In this document: in pieces, positions 38,820-51,872 of the stretch | Layout: each line of letters begins with the position of its first letter | How positions within the stretch are numbered: the first letter of the stretch is position 1 | Assembly: GCF_006345805.1 (NCBI RefSeq) | Contig: NC_043003.1 | Span: 86,304,001 to 86,368,000, forward strand | Source: Octopus sinensis | Taxonomy: Eukaryota | Length of the DNA: 64,000 nt | Reading direction: 5' to 3' | Made by a program: the position numbers and the translations under genes | Notes under the pieces: generated by a model | Told to the model about the DNA's origin: nothing | What the model saw: the letters and a program-made list of their open reading frames with translations, nothing else | The model's database searches: none

Positions 38820-39420
38820 GTACTCACGCTAGGGCTCCGCCAATGCTACTGATATATCTTTACGGCCCCTACATATTTAGTAGGCATTTGGTAAGTGAGG
38901 GTGTTCAAATTTGGTGTCTCCACTTGTCTCTCACCACTTAACAGGAATTCTAGACCGTAGAAGGTCCAGTTGTTGTTTGAAGCTTTATACACCTACACAC
39001 TGTATGTCTCTCAAGCCTCTGAGTGAAAAGTTGTGGGCCTTTGAATCCCAAACTAGATAGCAAGGATAAGATCTTTGGCACTACCGTATTCGGGGATTAG
39101 TTTAGCATTTAATGACAAAGTTTGGCTTAAGTCATTTTGGGATCTTCCGGGCAAATACTACAGCATACATTTCTCGTCTTCACTGTATAGAAAACAGGCT
39201 TATCTTTTTCAGTCTTTTCCAGTAGATGATCTATCGAATTCAAGCAGTATCATTCGTGTAGCCGTTGAGTTTACACTATGAGTTGACCGGTTTTCAAAGC
39301 AATAATTTAGACGCCTGAGGACAAGTGCCCTCCACAGGGACATTATGGTTAACTGCCCTCTTCTGAAAATTCTTAAGGTCTATCCGGTCAATCGTAGATA
39401 ATTCACGGCCATCTTACTGA
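38820..39420 (-). pseudogene. CR1/L2-like LINE ORF2 C-terminal fragment
   Basis: YWKRLKKISLFSIQ*RREMYAVVF...GFKGPQLF / LRDIQCVGV*SFKQQLDLL: the C-terminal Y.ERL..L.L.SL..RR and FK..LD..L motifs. Confidence 0.65.
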
Positions 39421-39481
39421 TGTTTGTGTTGTGTGTATATACATATATATATATTAAAGTATATATGTATATATATATATA

Positions 39482-39680
39482 TCTCATCGTTGCTATCCAG
39501 TTTAGGATTCAAAGGCCCACAGATTTTCACTCAGTGGCTTAAGAGACCTACATTGTGTAGATGCATATATCTTCAAACAGCAACAGGACCTTCTACAGTC
39601 TAGAATTCCTGTTAAGTTTCGAGAAACAACTGAGGAGAGCAAATTCGAACGCTCGCCTTCACCAAATATATAAAAAAAAT
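39482..39680 (+). pseudogene. Second, inverted CR1/L2-like 3' fragment
   Basis: 39482-39616 is the reverse complement of 38937-39071 (17 mismatches in 135 bp, counted by hand). Confidence 0.7.
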
Positions 39681-40744
39681 GATTCCTGTACATATCTAAT
39701 CGTTTTTCAACCTATAAATATAGGTTGAAAAACGATTATATGGCAGTGGCAGTCTCTCTGTCCTACTTAACGCGAGGATGTATTATGAGAGAGCCCTAAT
39801 ACTGTAGAATTCGTCCTGATTCTGGTAAGTCTCTCGTATAGACATCTAGTGTATAAAAGTTTTTTAAAATAGCATTTTTAGTTTATCAAGGTAAAAAAAA
39901 AGATGTGTAATACAATCTTGAAGACATATTAACGCACAATTTTGGCTCGATAATTTTATACATTAACTTAAAATTTTTGACATGTTCATATTAAGCCTTT
40001 CTAGATGGAGATTCGTGGTACTGTAAGTCGTCGAGAAAAGTTTGAAATTCGGTTAATTATCAAGTCTTGACAAATTCTGTGTAATAGCATGTTTTGAGGT
40101 CAATATTCTTTTCTATTCTAGGGACAAGGCTCGACATTTTGGGGGAGGAGGCCAGTTGATTAGATTGACCCCAGTACGCAACCGGTACTTAATTTATCGA
40201 CCCAGAAAGGAGGTCGATATTAAGGACATCATTTTGGATTATCCTATGACCTTAAAGCGACTTTTGTAGAATCGTTAGCTTGACAGACAAAATGGTTTGC
40301 AGCATCTTTTCTGACTCTTTATGATCTGAGATCAAATACTACCAAGGTCAACTTGTTTTTTATCCTTTCGTTGTCGTAAAATAAAGTACCAGTCAGGTAT
40401 TTGAGTCGATGTAATCGTCTAACACTTCCTTCAAATTTACTAACCTTATATCAAAATTAGGAAGAATTATGACACGATCTGTAAAGTAGTTTTATTTTAA
40501 GAAACATCACTTAATAATAAAGAAGCACAAGGTATATTCATCCATATATCTTATATTAAAGAAATCAGAGGGACAAAACAAGTGAAGTTGATGAAGAGTC
40601 TTTAAAGGGCAAACTGAAGGTGGAAGTTATTTTAGATTTGGAGTTTATGCTAAATAATGAGTGTATACACAATATACAAGAATGCATTGAAGTTTAAAAG
40701 AATTTTGGCAGTCTCTGTAGCAACAAGGAGTATATTATTCGTCC

Positions 40745-40803
<59 letters not shown>

Positions 40804-41384
40804 AACGCCTTGTTTCAATTTTTATCTAAAGTAATCAGTACTACCACTTTGTATTTTAGCTACTCGCGGTTTCGTTCAGAACAATAACGCCTGATAGAAC
40901 TGCACATAGAATAATGCTCAAAGTTATACATACCCACCGCACATGTGTGTGTGTATGTGTGTGCGTGTGTATGTATGTATGCATGTTTGTAAGCATGCAT
41001 GTATGTGTGTATTTAAAGAGAGAGAGAAAGAGAAAGAGAGAGAAAGAGAGGAAAACAGAGAGAGAGAGAGAGAGAGAGAAAGAGACAGAAAATTAGAAAG
41101 TGAACGATGGCAATTAAATAATTATGAATATACAAAGCTAAAATGAAATCTTACAAATGCGACCTTATTAAATTTGCATGCAAAGAAAACAAATTAAATG
41201 ATTGTCTGATTTTCTGCGAAACTGATTCTGTTAAGCTTGATAGCTTAACTCACTTCCTCGAGAAAAATGATATACATATAACTTGCGCAGTTACATGACG
41301 TAATAATCTTTACTGAAGAATGAGAATGTTGTATATGATATGCAGTTATTGAAACAAATTTTACCAGCTTCTTATATAAAATAG

Positions 41385-41682
41385 CTAGCAGTATCGCCCG
41401 GCGTTGCTCGGGTTTGTAAGAGAAATGACTATATAAGCATTTTTAGAGAGTTACTTCCCTTATATAATAGCAAAAAATGCATTAAAAATGGGAAAAAATG
41501 ATGGTAATTTTTTTTTTAAACGTAGACTCATCGTAGACGCGCGCTAATACCCAGAAGGGCTCGATATGAATCACGACTATAAGATACCCGGTTTTGGTTA
41601 AACTGCACCGCAAAATGTGGGAGTAGTTTCGGAATCTAAATCGTAGGAGACAGACACACAACTTCACTTTTAAATATAAATA
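41385..41682 (-). mobile_element. Non-autonomous Helitron-like element
   Basis: The minus strand ends in the hairpin cccgagcaacgccggg followed by cgatactgCTAG. Same family as 63070-63469; the 5' TC is mutated. Confidence 0.8.
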
Positions 41683-43440
41683 TATAACAATGATACAACG
41701 TGAATATTATTGGTATGTTACGAAGAAGAAAATGTATGATATACGAAGCACAGAACATATAAAAATAATATAACTTAGGAAGATTAGTTATATATATAGT
41801 TTCTGTAAAAAACACTGTGCGCCATTTTTTTTAGCTGAGTTAATCAAATTACAATTGCCTATAGTTGATATGTTATGGAACTGAAAATGTATTTTATTTA
41901 AGTATCAGACTGTCTGACGAGGGTAACTAAGCTGTAAAAGTTAGTATATGATCTACTGAAAAGTGATTTTTCATTCAGTATTTTTTCACTTAATGTTAAA
42001 TTGATTCTATATATATCTTGGAATGAAAATTCACATACATACATATACATATATGTATATACACATGCACTCTTTAAAAAAAAACAAGAAAAACTAATAA
42101 GCCAGTCTGTTGCAATAACAGCTTAATACAAATTACAAATTATTGGGACTAGAAAATAAAGTTACTGATAAAGCAATTCTGTTGTTAGATATAAACATTA
42201 CGAACGACACAATAACGCTGTTATCATCATTTTCTACACCTTAAAGAACCTTCTATTTTCCACAGTAGTTTCTGAATAAATATTCCCTAATGATAGTCTT
42301 TTTTTGAATTTCAGACTAAAATCAACTTCTTTCACAATCTACTTGAGTAGTAAAATGAGTTAATAAGTATTTATTTATCAGTCTGGTGTTTTTATGCATT
42401 TTTTTCTCAAGTTGAATTTCTCCAGCATATAATATATACAAAACTACAATATTTCTACATCGTCTACACATAGAAATGTCTTCCATTGTATTTTATCATT
42501 TTCTTTCATTCTGACGTTTATCTAGCAGGTAGCTAGAAGATTATTCATATCCAGTATGATGTCCCCATAAGATACACGCATGCACGCACGCACACATATA
42601 CACACACACAAACACGCACACACACACATATCAATATTTCCCAGTTATTTGTAAGTTTTAAGTGCTCATAAGTTAATTCCTCATCAATTCATTTAGCTTT
42701 TGAAGTACAGTACGAAACACAAATGGATTTTTTTTAGATTTCCAAACCATGTAGAATACAAACTAGGCCCAATATTCTTCTCAGATATTGACTATAAGCT
42801 TTCAAATATAGTGTGCAAAAGCCTGGAATTCTTTATTATCAAACATTAATTCTCTATTACCATTAAATGAGCTTCTCATATTTGAGCTTTTCTAGCTGTT
42901 CTGTTTAGTGTGTTTTGCTTTTTAAGCTCATTGCCCAATCAACGAAATCAGTCAGGTATTTTCCAACTTCTAACTGTCCCTTAGAGCTTTTACCAGGTGT
43001 TCTAAACTACCCATACCAAGTCACATGCTGGAGTTATACTATCAATCTGTTGGTATATCTCTCGATAACGGGGTTGTTCGATTACAAACCCAAAGATCAA
43101 AATGCTGTCATCATTGTTTTCTTATTATAAAAGTCGACGACAATTTTTTCAGATGATTTATGGCAGATTCTTCAGAAGGCATTCTTTAAACCTATATCGG
43201 AAACAAAGCAATTCACAGAAGCTTTCCTTTCATTTGGATGACAAGATTGTGCAGTTTCATAGCGAGAAAGCAGGAAAGCAGCATGGTTTTGAACATAATC
43301 AAGTTAGGAATCTAATACTAAAACTCATGCGTTTTGACATATCATAAATTCTAACACTGAATAAAACAAGGAAAAACTGTCTAAAAGCATTTTACTGCAA
43401 TTTGGTATTGTTTATCTGAATGACCTCAACTAAATTCCAT

Positions 43441-43733
43441 TGTTACTTTTGTATAGTGAAACTGTATACCCCTCCCGGTAAAAAGTTGTAGGAGAGGCTA
43501 TTATAAATAGACCAGTAGCCGATCGTCAAGAGAGGGTTGATAGTCGAAGAGTTGAGCGTCGACAGTTCTAGTCGGTGTCTTGTGGAATTATCAGCGATAG
43601 TAATACAGAAGAAGCAAGTGTATTACTGTTCTGGTCGGAAGAGATGTAACGGTATCCGATGACTAGTAAAACAACATCTAGTGTATAACGGTACTCACAC
43701 ATCACACTCGTGGGAGGAACTCACTTTACAACA
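43441..43733 (+). mobile_element. 5' LTR of a Ty3/Gypsy element
   Basis: TG...CA boundaries (tgttac ... ttacaaca), TATA-like tataaatag, followed by a PBS-like gtagcggcgagga (43734-43746). The left boundary is approximate. Confidence 0.6.
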
Positions 43734-43799
43734 GTAGCGGCGAGGAAAAAAACAAATTTACGCGGCGTAATAAGAAAATTCCCATACAGAGTTCAAACT

Positions 43800-45420
43800 A
43801 ATTCATGTAGAAAATGAAATAACATGACAAAAAAAAAAAGAAACGAAAATCTTGTTGTGCAAACTTACGAAAATCGTAAAATATGGAAGATTGTTAGCTG
43901 GGGTAGGTGAGTTGAAAAAACAACAGCAACAACAACAACTCAAGGAACAACGAGAACAACAATAGATTGCAGGAGCAAATGTTACAACTATTGAAGTTGA
44001 TAACCAAACCGGAGAATACATTTTCGCCTGACCATTTAGCAAATTCCATAGGCGAATTCAAATATGACCCCAAAGAAAGAGTAACCTTCGAGGCTTACTT
44101 TCGAAGAGTTAAACAAACTTTTTAAAAGAATATCAGGATTGGACGGACGAACTGAAAACGCGTCTAGTTTTAAGAAAACTAGCGACATATTACCAAAATC
44201 AAGAAAAAAGAAAAAACATGCGTTTGACATAAATTTCATCAACGCGGTTGTAATTTTGTGCAAAATGTTTAGTGAAAAGAGCTCCCTGTTTAATACTAGT
44301 TGGAAATGTTTAAACATAGAGAAGAGCGAAGATGAAGACTTCACTATTTACACAGATAGAGTCAACAAAGAATGTGAGAGAAATAGGCTGGATATGCTTA
44401 CTCCCGATTCTTTCAAGTGTGGGATTTTTACACAAGGATTGACAGATAAAAGGGATGCAGAAATCTGAACGAAAATTCTAGCAAAATTGGAAATGAAACA
44501 GGATTTTACATTGCAGAAACTGTCGGAAGCGTGTGACATGATATTAAAATTAAGGTATGACACGGTGGAAATTCAATAGAAAGTTTGTTTTCACATAAGA
44601 TCAGTGCAAAAAAGTCGAAAAACAAATAAAGTGTTGCAGGAAAAACAGAAATAATATCGGGATGTAGACCCATGTATAGCATGTGGTGGGAAGCACCCGA
44701 AAAAAGATTGTCCCTATAAAAAAGCAAAGTCTTTTCGCTGTGGGTTTACAGAACATATAAAACCGCACTGCATAACTAGAATGATAGGGAAATGGAACAA
44801 ACAAGAAAAAATAAAGTTTGTCTGTAGGAAAAGTTGTGACTACAACAGACAGAAAATTCATGAATGTGAGAATTGAAACCAGTGTATCAGAATGCAATTA
44901 GATACGGAAAGTGACATCACAGTCATAAATGAGAAAACATGATGACAAATGGGTAAGCCAAAATTATGTACTCGAAACAAAATTGCGTATGGTGTTACGG
45001 GCGAATATTATATTTCACGAGTGAACGCGTTTGTAATATGATGTTCAAAAATCAAACCAAAAAAAGTGAATATTTATGAGAAATTTATTTGGCACCGAAT
45101 GTATGGAGAAATTTAATTTATGGGATGCACCCATAAGCGTTCTGTGCAATAACGTAAACGCAGCAGTCAAACAATCGGACGAGGTCGATGAAATGAGACA
45201 AAAAAATGAAAGAAACATTCCCTAAAGTTTTTTTCGGAAGGTTTAAGCTACTTCACAAAAACAAAAGCAAAGATTTCTGTCAAAGAAAACCCAGCATCTA
45301 TTTTCAGGCACAAACGGAACATGCCGTTTGCGATGGTAGACCAGGTCAATAAAAAAAAACTAGTAAGGCTGGAAGGCCTGAAAATGAAAAGATTGACCAT
45401 GCAGACTGGGCAGCACAAAA
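43800..45420 (+). pseudogene. Ty3/Gypsy gag-protease remnant plus start of pol, truncated by a SINE
   Basis: NSIGEFKYDPKERVTFEAYF; SEKSSLFNTSWKCL...VNKECE...DSFKCGIFTQGL; two CCHC knuckles (CIACGGKHPKKDC, xFRCGFTEHIKPHC); protease MQLDTESDITVI; FRHKRNMPFA. Many frameshifts and stops. Confidence 0.85.
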
Positions 45421-45536
45421 AGGATGAAAGTCAAAGTCGATGTCGGCATAAATTTGAATTTAGAACGCAAATCAAGAAGAAATGCCACTAAGTATTCTAT
45501 TCGACGGGCTAATGATTCTGACTGCTCACCACATTC

Positions 45537-45580
<44 letters not shown>

Positions 45581-45789
45581 TATAATACTTTTTGTCACAA
45601 GGGCAGCTTGGCTTGGTATTAAGTCGATAACATCGACCCCAGTGCGTAACTGGTAATTATTTCATCGATCTCGAAAGGATGAAAGTCAAAGTCAAGCTCG
45701 GCGGAATTTGATCTTACAGCGTAGTGACGGACAAAATACGCCTAAGCATTTCGTCCAGCATGCTAACAATTCTGCCAGCTCACCGCCTT
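45421..45789 (-). mobile_element. Two head-to-tail SINE A copies (45421-45531 partial, 45587-45789) separated by (AAT)n
   Basis: The core appears twice; (AAT)n at 45541-45586. Confidence 0.8.
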
Positions 45790-45811
45790 AGTAACAATAA
45801 TAATGATAATA

Positions 45812-45864
<53 letters not shown>

Positions 45865-46820
45865 GAAAGAACCGTGGCAGAATATTTGGTAAATAGCAAA
45901 CAAGTTCTGCCACAGTATGCTGCTAATGCAGAAAGATTTAACAAAAATGGACTTGAGAATGCTGATGAATTCAGATCAAGAACAGCCAACGAGAGAGAAT
46001 TAACCCTACTCCGCATTGAATTGCATGGTTAGTTCCACTGTCAAACCAACAAATTAAAAGTCCAGGATGATTCATGGAGGTGGCTTAACATCGCTGACCA
46101 GGACAAGGTCTTGAATACCAACTCAGTGAAAAAGAACATATACCATACAAGTGCAACGGACCTCTCCAAAATGTGTGGGAAGACGGTAGAAAGCGTGATT
46201 CACTTTGTTAGTGCTTGGGAAAGTCATGCGCAGAATGAGCACAAACGTAAACACGACAACGTAGCTCAAAACTTCCACTGGCTACTATGCCGTAAGTATG
46301 GATATAGGGTTATCACTACTTGGTACCAGCATACACCGGAAAAGGTAATGGACGAAAAGGGGAAAGTAAAAATCCTTTGGGAGTTTGACTTCCAAACAGA
46401 CAAGGTATTAAAGCACCGAAGGCCAGATATAGTAACCTTTAGGAGGTACAAACAAGAGTGCCTAATAATCGACGTGGCAGTGCCAGGAGATCAACATATC
46501 ATCATGAAAGAAAGAGAAAACGTTGATAAATATGGAGACTTGAGAATTGAGATTGCTAAGGTGTGGCAGTTACGAGAGTCAAACATAAGTTTATCCCTGT
46601 TGTCATCGGAGCATTGGGTTCAATACCAACCAATCTGAAAAACATCTAAAAATTTTTGAAATACTCTACAGTCTAGGTGTATTTTAAACGTCGGCATTAC
46701 ATGGAATTGCACGCATATTGCGTAAAGTACTGTCTGCCTGAAGTTCTTTTTGTGACTTTACCCCGGTAGACACAACATCTTCAATTAACAACCTCGTGAT
46801 ATTGTATACTGTGTGACGCC
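45865..46820 (+). mobile_element. 5'-truncated R4/Dong-like element (CCHC remnant, RLE domain, 3' UTR)
   Basis: KMCGKTVESVIHFVSAW..HAQNEHKRKHDNV...ILWEFDFQTD...RRPDIV...IIDVAVPGD...KYGDL...GIARILRKVLSA* (stop 46739-41). The 5' end abuts (AAT)n at 45793-45863. Confidence 0.9.
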
Positions 46821-47176
46821 TATAATAAATAAGTAAATAAATAAAGATAGAAAGTTTCAACTTCTCCCCAACAACAGACCCAATACTACAGAATGTAATA
46901 TTGTTATGATAATATAATGTACTGAAAAGAAAAAGTATGAATCAGTCTAATTGTTTTTATTATTGAAACATTTAGAATTATATATAACAGCACATATTTA
47001 TGTATAGACAATTCTTTGCACTTATTCTAAACTAAAACAGTCACAAAACTAGAAATGTGTGTCTCATAACTCATTAAGATAGTGTGAGGGCAATTACTGT
47101 CAGTTTTGAAATTTACAATGATAAATAGAAAGCAAAAATGTGTATCCTACTAATAAGAAAATCTGTAACATCATCT

Positions 47177-47390
47177 AAGGCAGCGAGATTGCAGAAACAT
47201 TAGGGTATCTAAAAAGAATGCTTTGCAGTGTTTGTTCAGGCCCTTTACGTTTTCAATTCAAATCTCGCCGAGGTCAGCTTTGTCTTACATTCATCCTCCC
47301 GAGATCGATAAAATAAAGTATATTCTAAGTGTTAGGATAAATGGTAACGAGTAAACCCTCTTCTCAAATTTCTCGTTTTGTGTCTAAATC
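47177..47390 (+). mobile_element. SINE family A copy (old)
   Basis: aaggcagcgagattgcagaaacattag ... ttcaaatctcgccgaggtcagctttg ... gatcgataaaataaagta. Confidence 0.65.
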
Positions 47391-47840
47391 AGAAACGAAT
47401 CGTAACAGCATCTGCGAATAAATAACATACTAATTTTTCGTTTTGAATAAATTAGATCCTTTTATAAAAGACGTAATTTGAGTTGACTCTGATGATGCGT
47501 GTTACTGACTGAATCGTAGACACAGTGCTGTAAAGAGGGTGCTTTCAGTGTGGGTACGACGAACCAACTTTCTCAAAACAGATTTCTAATGCCGATCCAT
47601 ATTTGAACTTAAGCTCAGCATAACATCGAAATTCTTCTCTGTTTATAACGTCAATTGTTATTACTCCTCACATATTCACAAATACGTAACTTGTGGCATC
47701 GCATTAAGAATATAGGCCACAATCACAAATAGATTGCCGTATAACGTACCACTTTATCTAAGAAATACAAGAAAACGAAACAAAGGAATATGCGCAGGCA
47801 TACAAACGTCAATATTAAAAATACAAATGCATTATTTTGC

Positions 47841-47913
<73 letters not shown>

Positions 47914-47916
<3 letters not shown>

Positions 47917-48199
47917 TAGTTTTATTTTTATAGCGTGCTTTCACTTCTCTACCGAGCGCAGCTCTGTGTGCCTTGGGTATGTGCTGTGATTTGTTGTGAT
48001 GCTCTAATGGTTATTGTATGGAAAGTGTTCTGCGTAGGATGTGTGCAGTGCCTAGTAGTGCAATTTTCTGTATGTTATATGTGTTTGTAAGTCCTGGTGT
48101 TTTTGTTATGTATTTGTCTGAATATTTTTTTATCATACCTAATGCACCTACTACGATAGGAATTGTTTCTGTTTTTCGATTCCACATTCTGGTTACCTC

Positions 48200-48200
<1 letters not shown>
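47914..48200 (-). mobile_element. 5'-truncated R4/Dong-like element (ORF end plus 3' UTR) between (ATT)n tracts
   Basis: EVTRMWNRKTETIPIVVGALGMIKK...IQKIALLGTAHILRRTLSIQ*; tracts at 47840-47913 and 48201-48289. Confidence 0.88.
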
Positions 48201-48289
<89 letters not shown>

Positions 48290-48292
<3 letters not shown>

Positions 48293-48856
48293 TAGTCTTA
48301 TTTTTATCACGTGCCTTCACTGCACTACTGAGCGCAGCTCTGCATGTGATGCCTAGTAGTGCTATTTTCGATATGTTATATATACTTGTTAGTCCTGGCG
48401 TTTTTTGTTATGTATTTGTCTGAATATCTTTTATCATATGCACCTACTATGATAGGATTAGCTTCCGTTTTTAGACTCCACATTCGAATTACATCTGTTT
48501 CCAGATCTTTTAGAGAAACATTGTCATCTGATGGTAATGATACATCGATTAGAAAGCATTTTTCTTTGTAATCTCTGACAATTAAATCCGGCATATTGGT
48601 TTTAGTTCCTCTCTCTGTGTGTATTGGCATATTCCAGAGTATGGTTGCTTTCTCATTTTCTGTGACATTTTCTGGCGTGTGCCAATACCAACTTTTTACT
48701 GTTGTTATTCCATAGTGTTGGTATTGCTTCCAGTGTATATAGGTCCCAATACTGTCGTGTCTGTGAATATATTCGTTCTTAACCAGAACTGGGTAGCCAA
48801 GGACAACATGATATATTGTTTCTTCTCCATCTCCACATATTCTACAGTTACTTGTA
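48290..48856 (-). mobile_element. Second 5'-truncated copy of the same R4/Dong-like family
   Basis: CRICGDGEETIYHVVLG...RHDSIG...ILWNMPIHTE...NMPDLIV...FLIDVSLPSD. Same 3' terminus (cagtagt(t/c)ttattttta) as the 47914 copy, with internal deletions. Tract at 48857-48943. Confidence 0.88.
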
Positions 48857-48867
48857 TTTATTATTAA

Positions 48868-48943
<76 letters not shown>

Positions 48944-49250
48944 TAGAATGGATTTGAAATTTTGAATAAAATTCTTTTCTCTTACTCTTCTCTCGACTCG
49001 AGTTGTACAGTTTGTAGAATGAGGATGCTATAAACACTTTTGACCACTTGTTTCCAAATGGCTGTTTAATGATATCTGACGAACATCAGGGTCCTTAATA
49101 TGTTGTTGGTGTATTCGCATGCGTTCTAGAATTGTGTTTCCGGCCTGCGGATATAAATCGCTTCAGAATTTGAGCATTTGACGCAGTGGGATAGAACCCA
49201 TATTTGCATTTATAAATATTCTTCCGGTTTTTTATTGTGTTTATATTTAA
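48944..49250 (-). pseudogene. Penelope-like GIY-YIG endonuclease C-terminal remnant
   Basis: HCVKCSNSEAIYI / QAGNTILERMRIHQQHIKDPDVRQISLNSHLE / SFYKL / REKNFIQNFKSILN matches the YIG.T...L..R...H...I and E..FI..F...LN motifs. Confidence 0.6.
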
Positions 49251-49393
49251 AGATTAATTGAATATGGAGATATTCTATTGAGAGTCAAATAATTTATTTA
49301 TATTACAGTATTACATTAAATACTATGAGTATGAAGTAACCAGTGAATTGGATGTTTAACACGCCCTTTAAAGGATTTCTTTTCCTAATTTGT

Positions 49394-49467
<74 letters not shown>

Positions 49468-49507
49468 GTGTATGTATGTATGTATGTATGTATGTATGTG
49501 TATGTAT

Positions 49508-49725
49508 AGTTAATCCAAACATGAAAACACAAACAGAAAACACAACAACGCGAGGACGTGGAACAAGTATAGTGTTATTGGACGCTCAGGAAAGGAGAGA
49601 AAGAAGGAGGATTTAACGTTTCTAGCAGAGCTCTTCGTGAGAAAAATAGGAAAAGGAAAGATCCAAGGAAGGTAAGACGGAGGGGAAAAAAATCGCCAAC
49701 GGTACACACGCGGTCACATTTTGAA
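49508..49725 (-). mobile_element. ~215-bp Penelope-pLTR/retrozyme-like element in a (TA)n tract
   Basis: Pyrimidine-rich body containing a hammerhead-like motif, then tcctgagcgtccaataa; same layout as 56369-56580. Confidence 0.55.
49612..49644 (-). ncRNA. Degenerate minimal type-I hammerhead-like motif
   Basis: Minus: UUU-CUCACGAA-GAGC-UCU-GCUA-GAAAC-GUU-AAA. Two deviations from an active core (G5 and the stem II closing pair). Confidence 0.5.
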
Positions 49726-49957
49726 TATATATATATATATATATACAGATATATATATATATAGAGAGAGAGAGAGGGGGAGCGGGAGAGAGAGAGAGAG
49801 AAGTGCAGGCATAATTATAAGATTAAAATGTTTTTTCCGTTTAGTCGGTAGAAAATGGGTGTCACTCAATCAAGGGAAAATCCTACATATACGATACGTA
49901 ATTACCTACAGATATTCAATCCGCATATCTTGAAGATCTCTTGTAGCTGTACTCGTA

Positions 49958-51110
49958 CAAGGGTGGGCTGAAAAGTTTATAGGCTAACGCTGAAGGAATG
50001 ACACTAGAGCTATGAAACCTTGCAAGCAATTAATTTCAATCTTACTTTTTCATTGCTGAATTGTTTCATAGCAAGTAAATTAATATGTGATTGCTCAAAA
50101 AAGACTTCAAAAGTAACTATCAAAAGCTTCTCTTAAAAATGGACAAAATTTCGCATTGGGATGTTATCATGTACATGCAGAAAAAGGGTTTAGCCCCCAA
50201 GGATATTATGCTGAAATGTTTGCTATTTCAGGATGACGCTCTAGTTTTAATAACAGGGTAAAAATGGGCAGCTAAATTGAGGAAGGGAGAGAAGTCTTCA
50301 TATGATCCAAGATCTGGATGTACTGCAGCTGCCACCAGTGAGGAAAACATTGGCCGTGTTCACCACATGGCGGTGGATGACAAGCGATTGTCTATGAATC
50401 AAAATAGCCAATGGTAGTCGCATCTCGCGTGAGCAGTAGTTGAGAATATTCTTCATAATGAACGTGGCATTACAACTGTCTCTACTCAGGGGGCAGCATG
50501 TCTTTTCACACATAATCAAGAGCGCACTAGGCTGATCACAACATGGAAGGATCTCACAGTGCTTGAGGCAGATCAAACTGGTTTCTTGACGGTTTCCCAA
50601 GCCACAAGGAGTGTAGGGGCCATTACTTTGAGCCAGTGACAAAGCGACCATCTATATAGTGGAAACACTCTTCCTCACTTGCTCCAACGAAGGCCAAGTT
50701 TGTTTCATCTGCCTGGAAAGTGATGACTTCAGTTTATTTGGATGCAAAAGGCATTTGTGCTTATTGACTATCTTCAAAATGGTCACACCATCAATGGAGT
50801 GTACTCTGCCAACTTGCTGAGGCAGCTACGAATAGCTATGAAGACCAGGCGCCGAGGAAAACTGACGAAAAATGTTTTGTTTCATCAGGACAATACTTCA
50901 AACACAAGACTTTGGTTTGAAAGTACTGTGCGGGACTGTAGCTTTAAACTAGTTGATCGCCATCCCTATTCTCCTGATTTGTCCCCATCTGACGATAAAC
51001 ACTTGGCCGGGAATCAGTATCACAGTTATGAGGATGTTATATCTGCCGTTGATGACTTTTTTGACGAAAGCTTCTTCACCAATGAGATCTAAACAACTGA
51101 ACACCATACA
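49958..51110 (+). mobile_element. Near full-length defective mariner element
   Basis: ta|caagggtgggctgaaaagttt terminus; ATG at 50139; HYFEP, KVMTSVYLDAKG, IDYLQNGHTING.Y, LFHQDN, HPYSPDLSPSD motifs across frameshifts. The right TIR was not found. Confidence 0.9.
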
Positions 51111-51180
51111 CACGCGCGCGCTCGCAAACTATCTTGTTAAGAAAACTTCTATTAGACACGAGAGCAGTATTTATACTGCG

Positions 51181-51563
51181 AAGTAATGTTTATCGTCACT
51201 AAATGTGTGTATCCTATTAGAACAGACGATACCATTATTTTAACCCCAGGAGGGCTCCTCCTTCAACTGGTTATTCAGTGCACTTCACGCTCGATAAGTA
51301 TTGCAAGCGGGGAGAGAACCCCTTGCTATTCTAGTTCGCAGATCGCTAGATCATGTGATTTCGACCTCATATTCGTCATCCTCATTTTACATATTACAAG
51401 CTGGAATGAACTACTGCCGTATATTGTGGACGAGTATCCATCACTAAGGATGATAAAAACAACTGAATAACCAGACAACCAGCTGGAGTAGGTCTCTTCC
51501 TGGGGTTAAGATATCTTCTGCTCTTATAGATCTCCCACTTTTTGGTGACGATAAACTTTACTT
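51181..51563. mobile_element. Unclassified MITE with ~85-bp imperfect TIRs
   Basis: aagtaatgtttatcgtcactaaa...ttaaccccagga...caactggtt is mirrored by aaccagctgg...tcctggggttaa...tttggtgacgataaactttactt. Confidence 0.7.
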
Positions 51564-51841
51564 ACACACACACACACATACACACACACACACAAACACA
51601 CACATATATATGCATTAAGTTATCCTTGCATACATACAAACATACATACATAAATACATGCATACATACATAAATACATACACACACACATACATACATG
51701 CATACATACATACATACATACATAAATACATGCATACATACATAAATACATACATACATACATAAATACATGCATACATACATACACACATACACACATA
51801 CATACGTACATACATACATACATACATACATACATACATAC

Positions 51842-51872
<31 letters not shown>

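Noticed and set aside
42900-43350. Protein-like fragments (MLELYYQSVGISLDNG..., DDLWQILQKAFFKP...)
   Set aside because: Scattered over three frames with stops; no family recognised.
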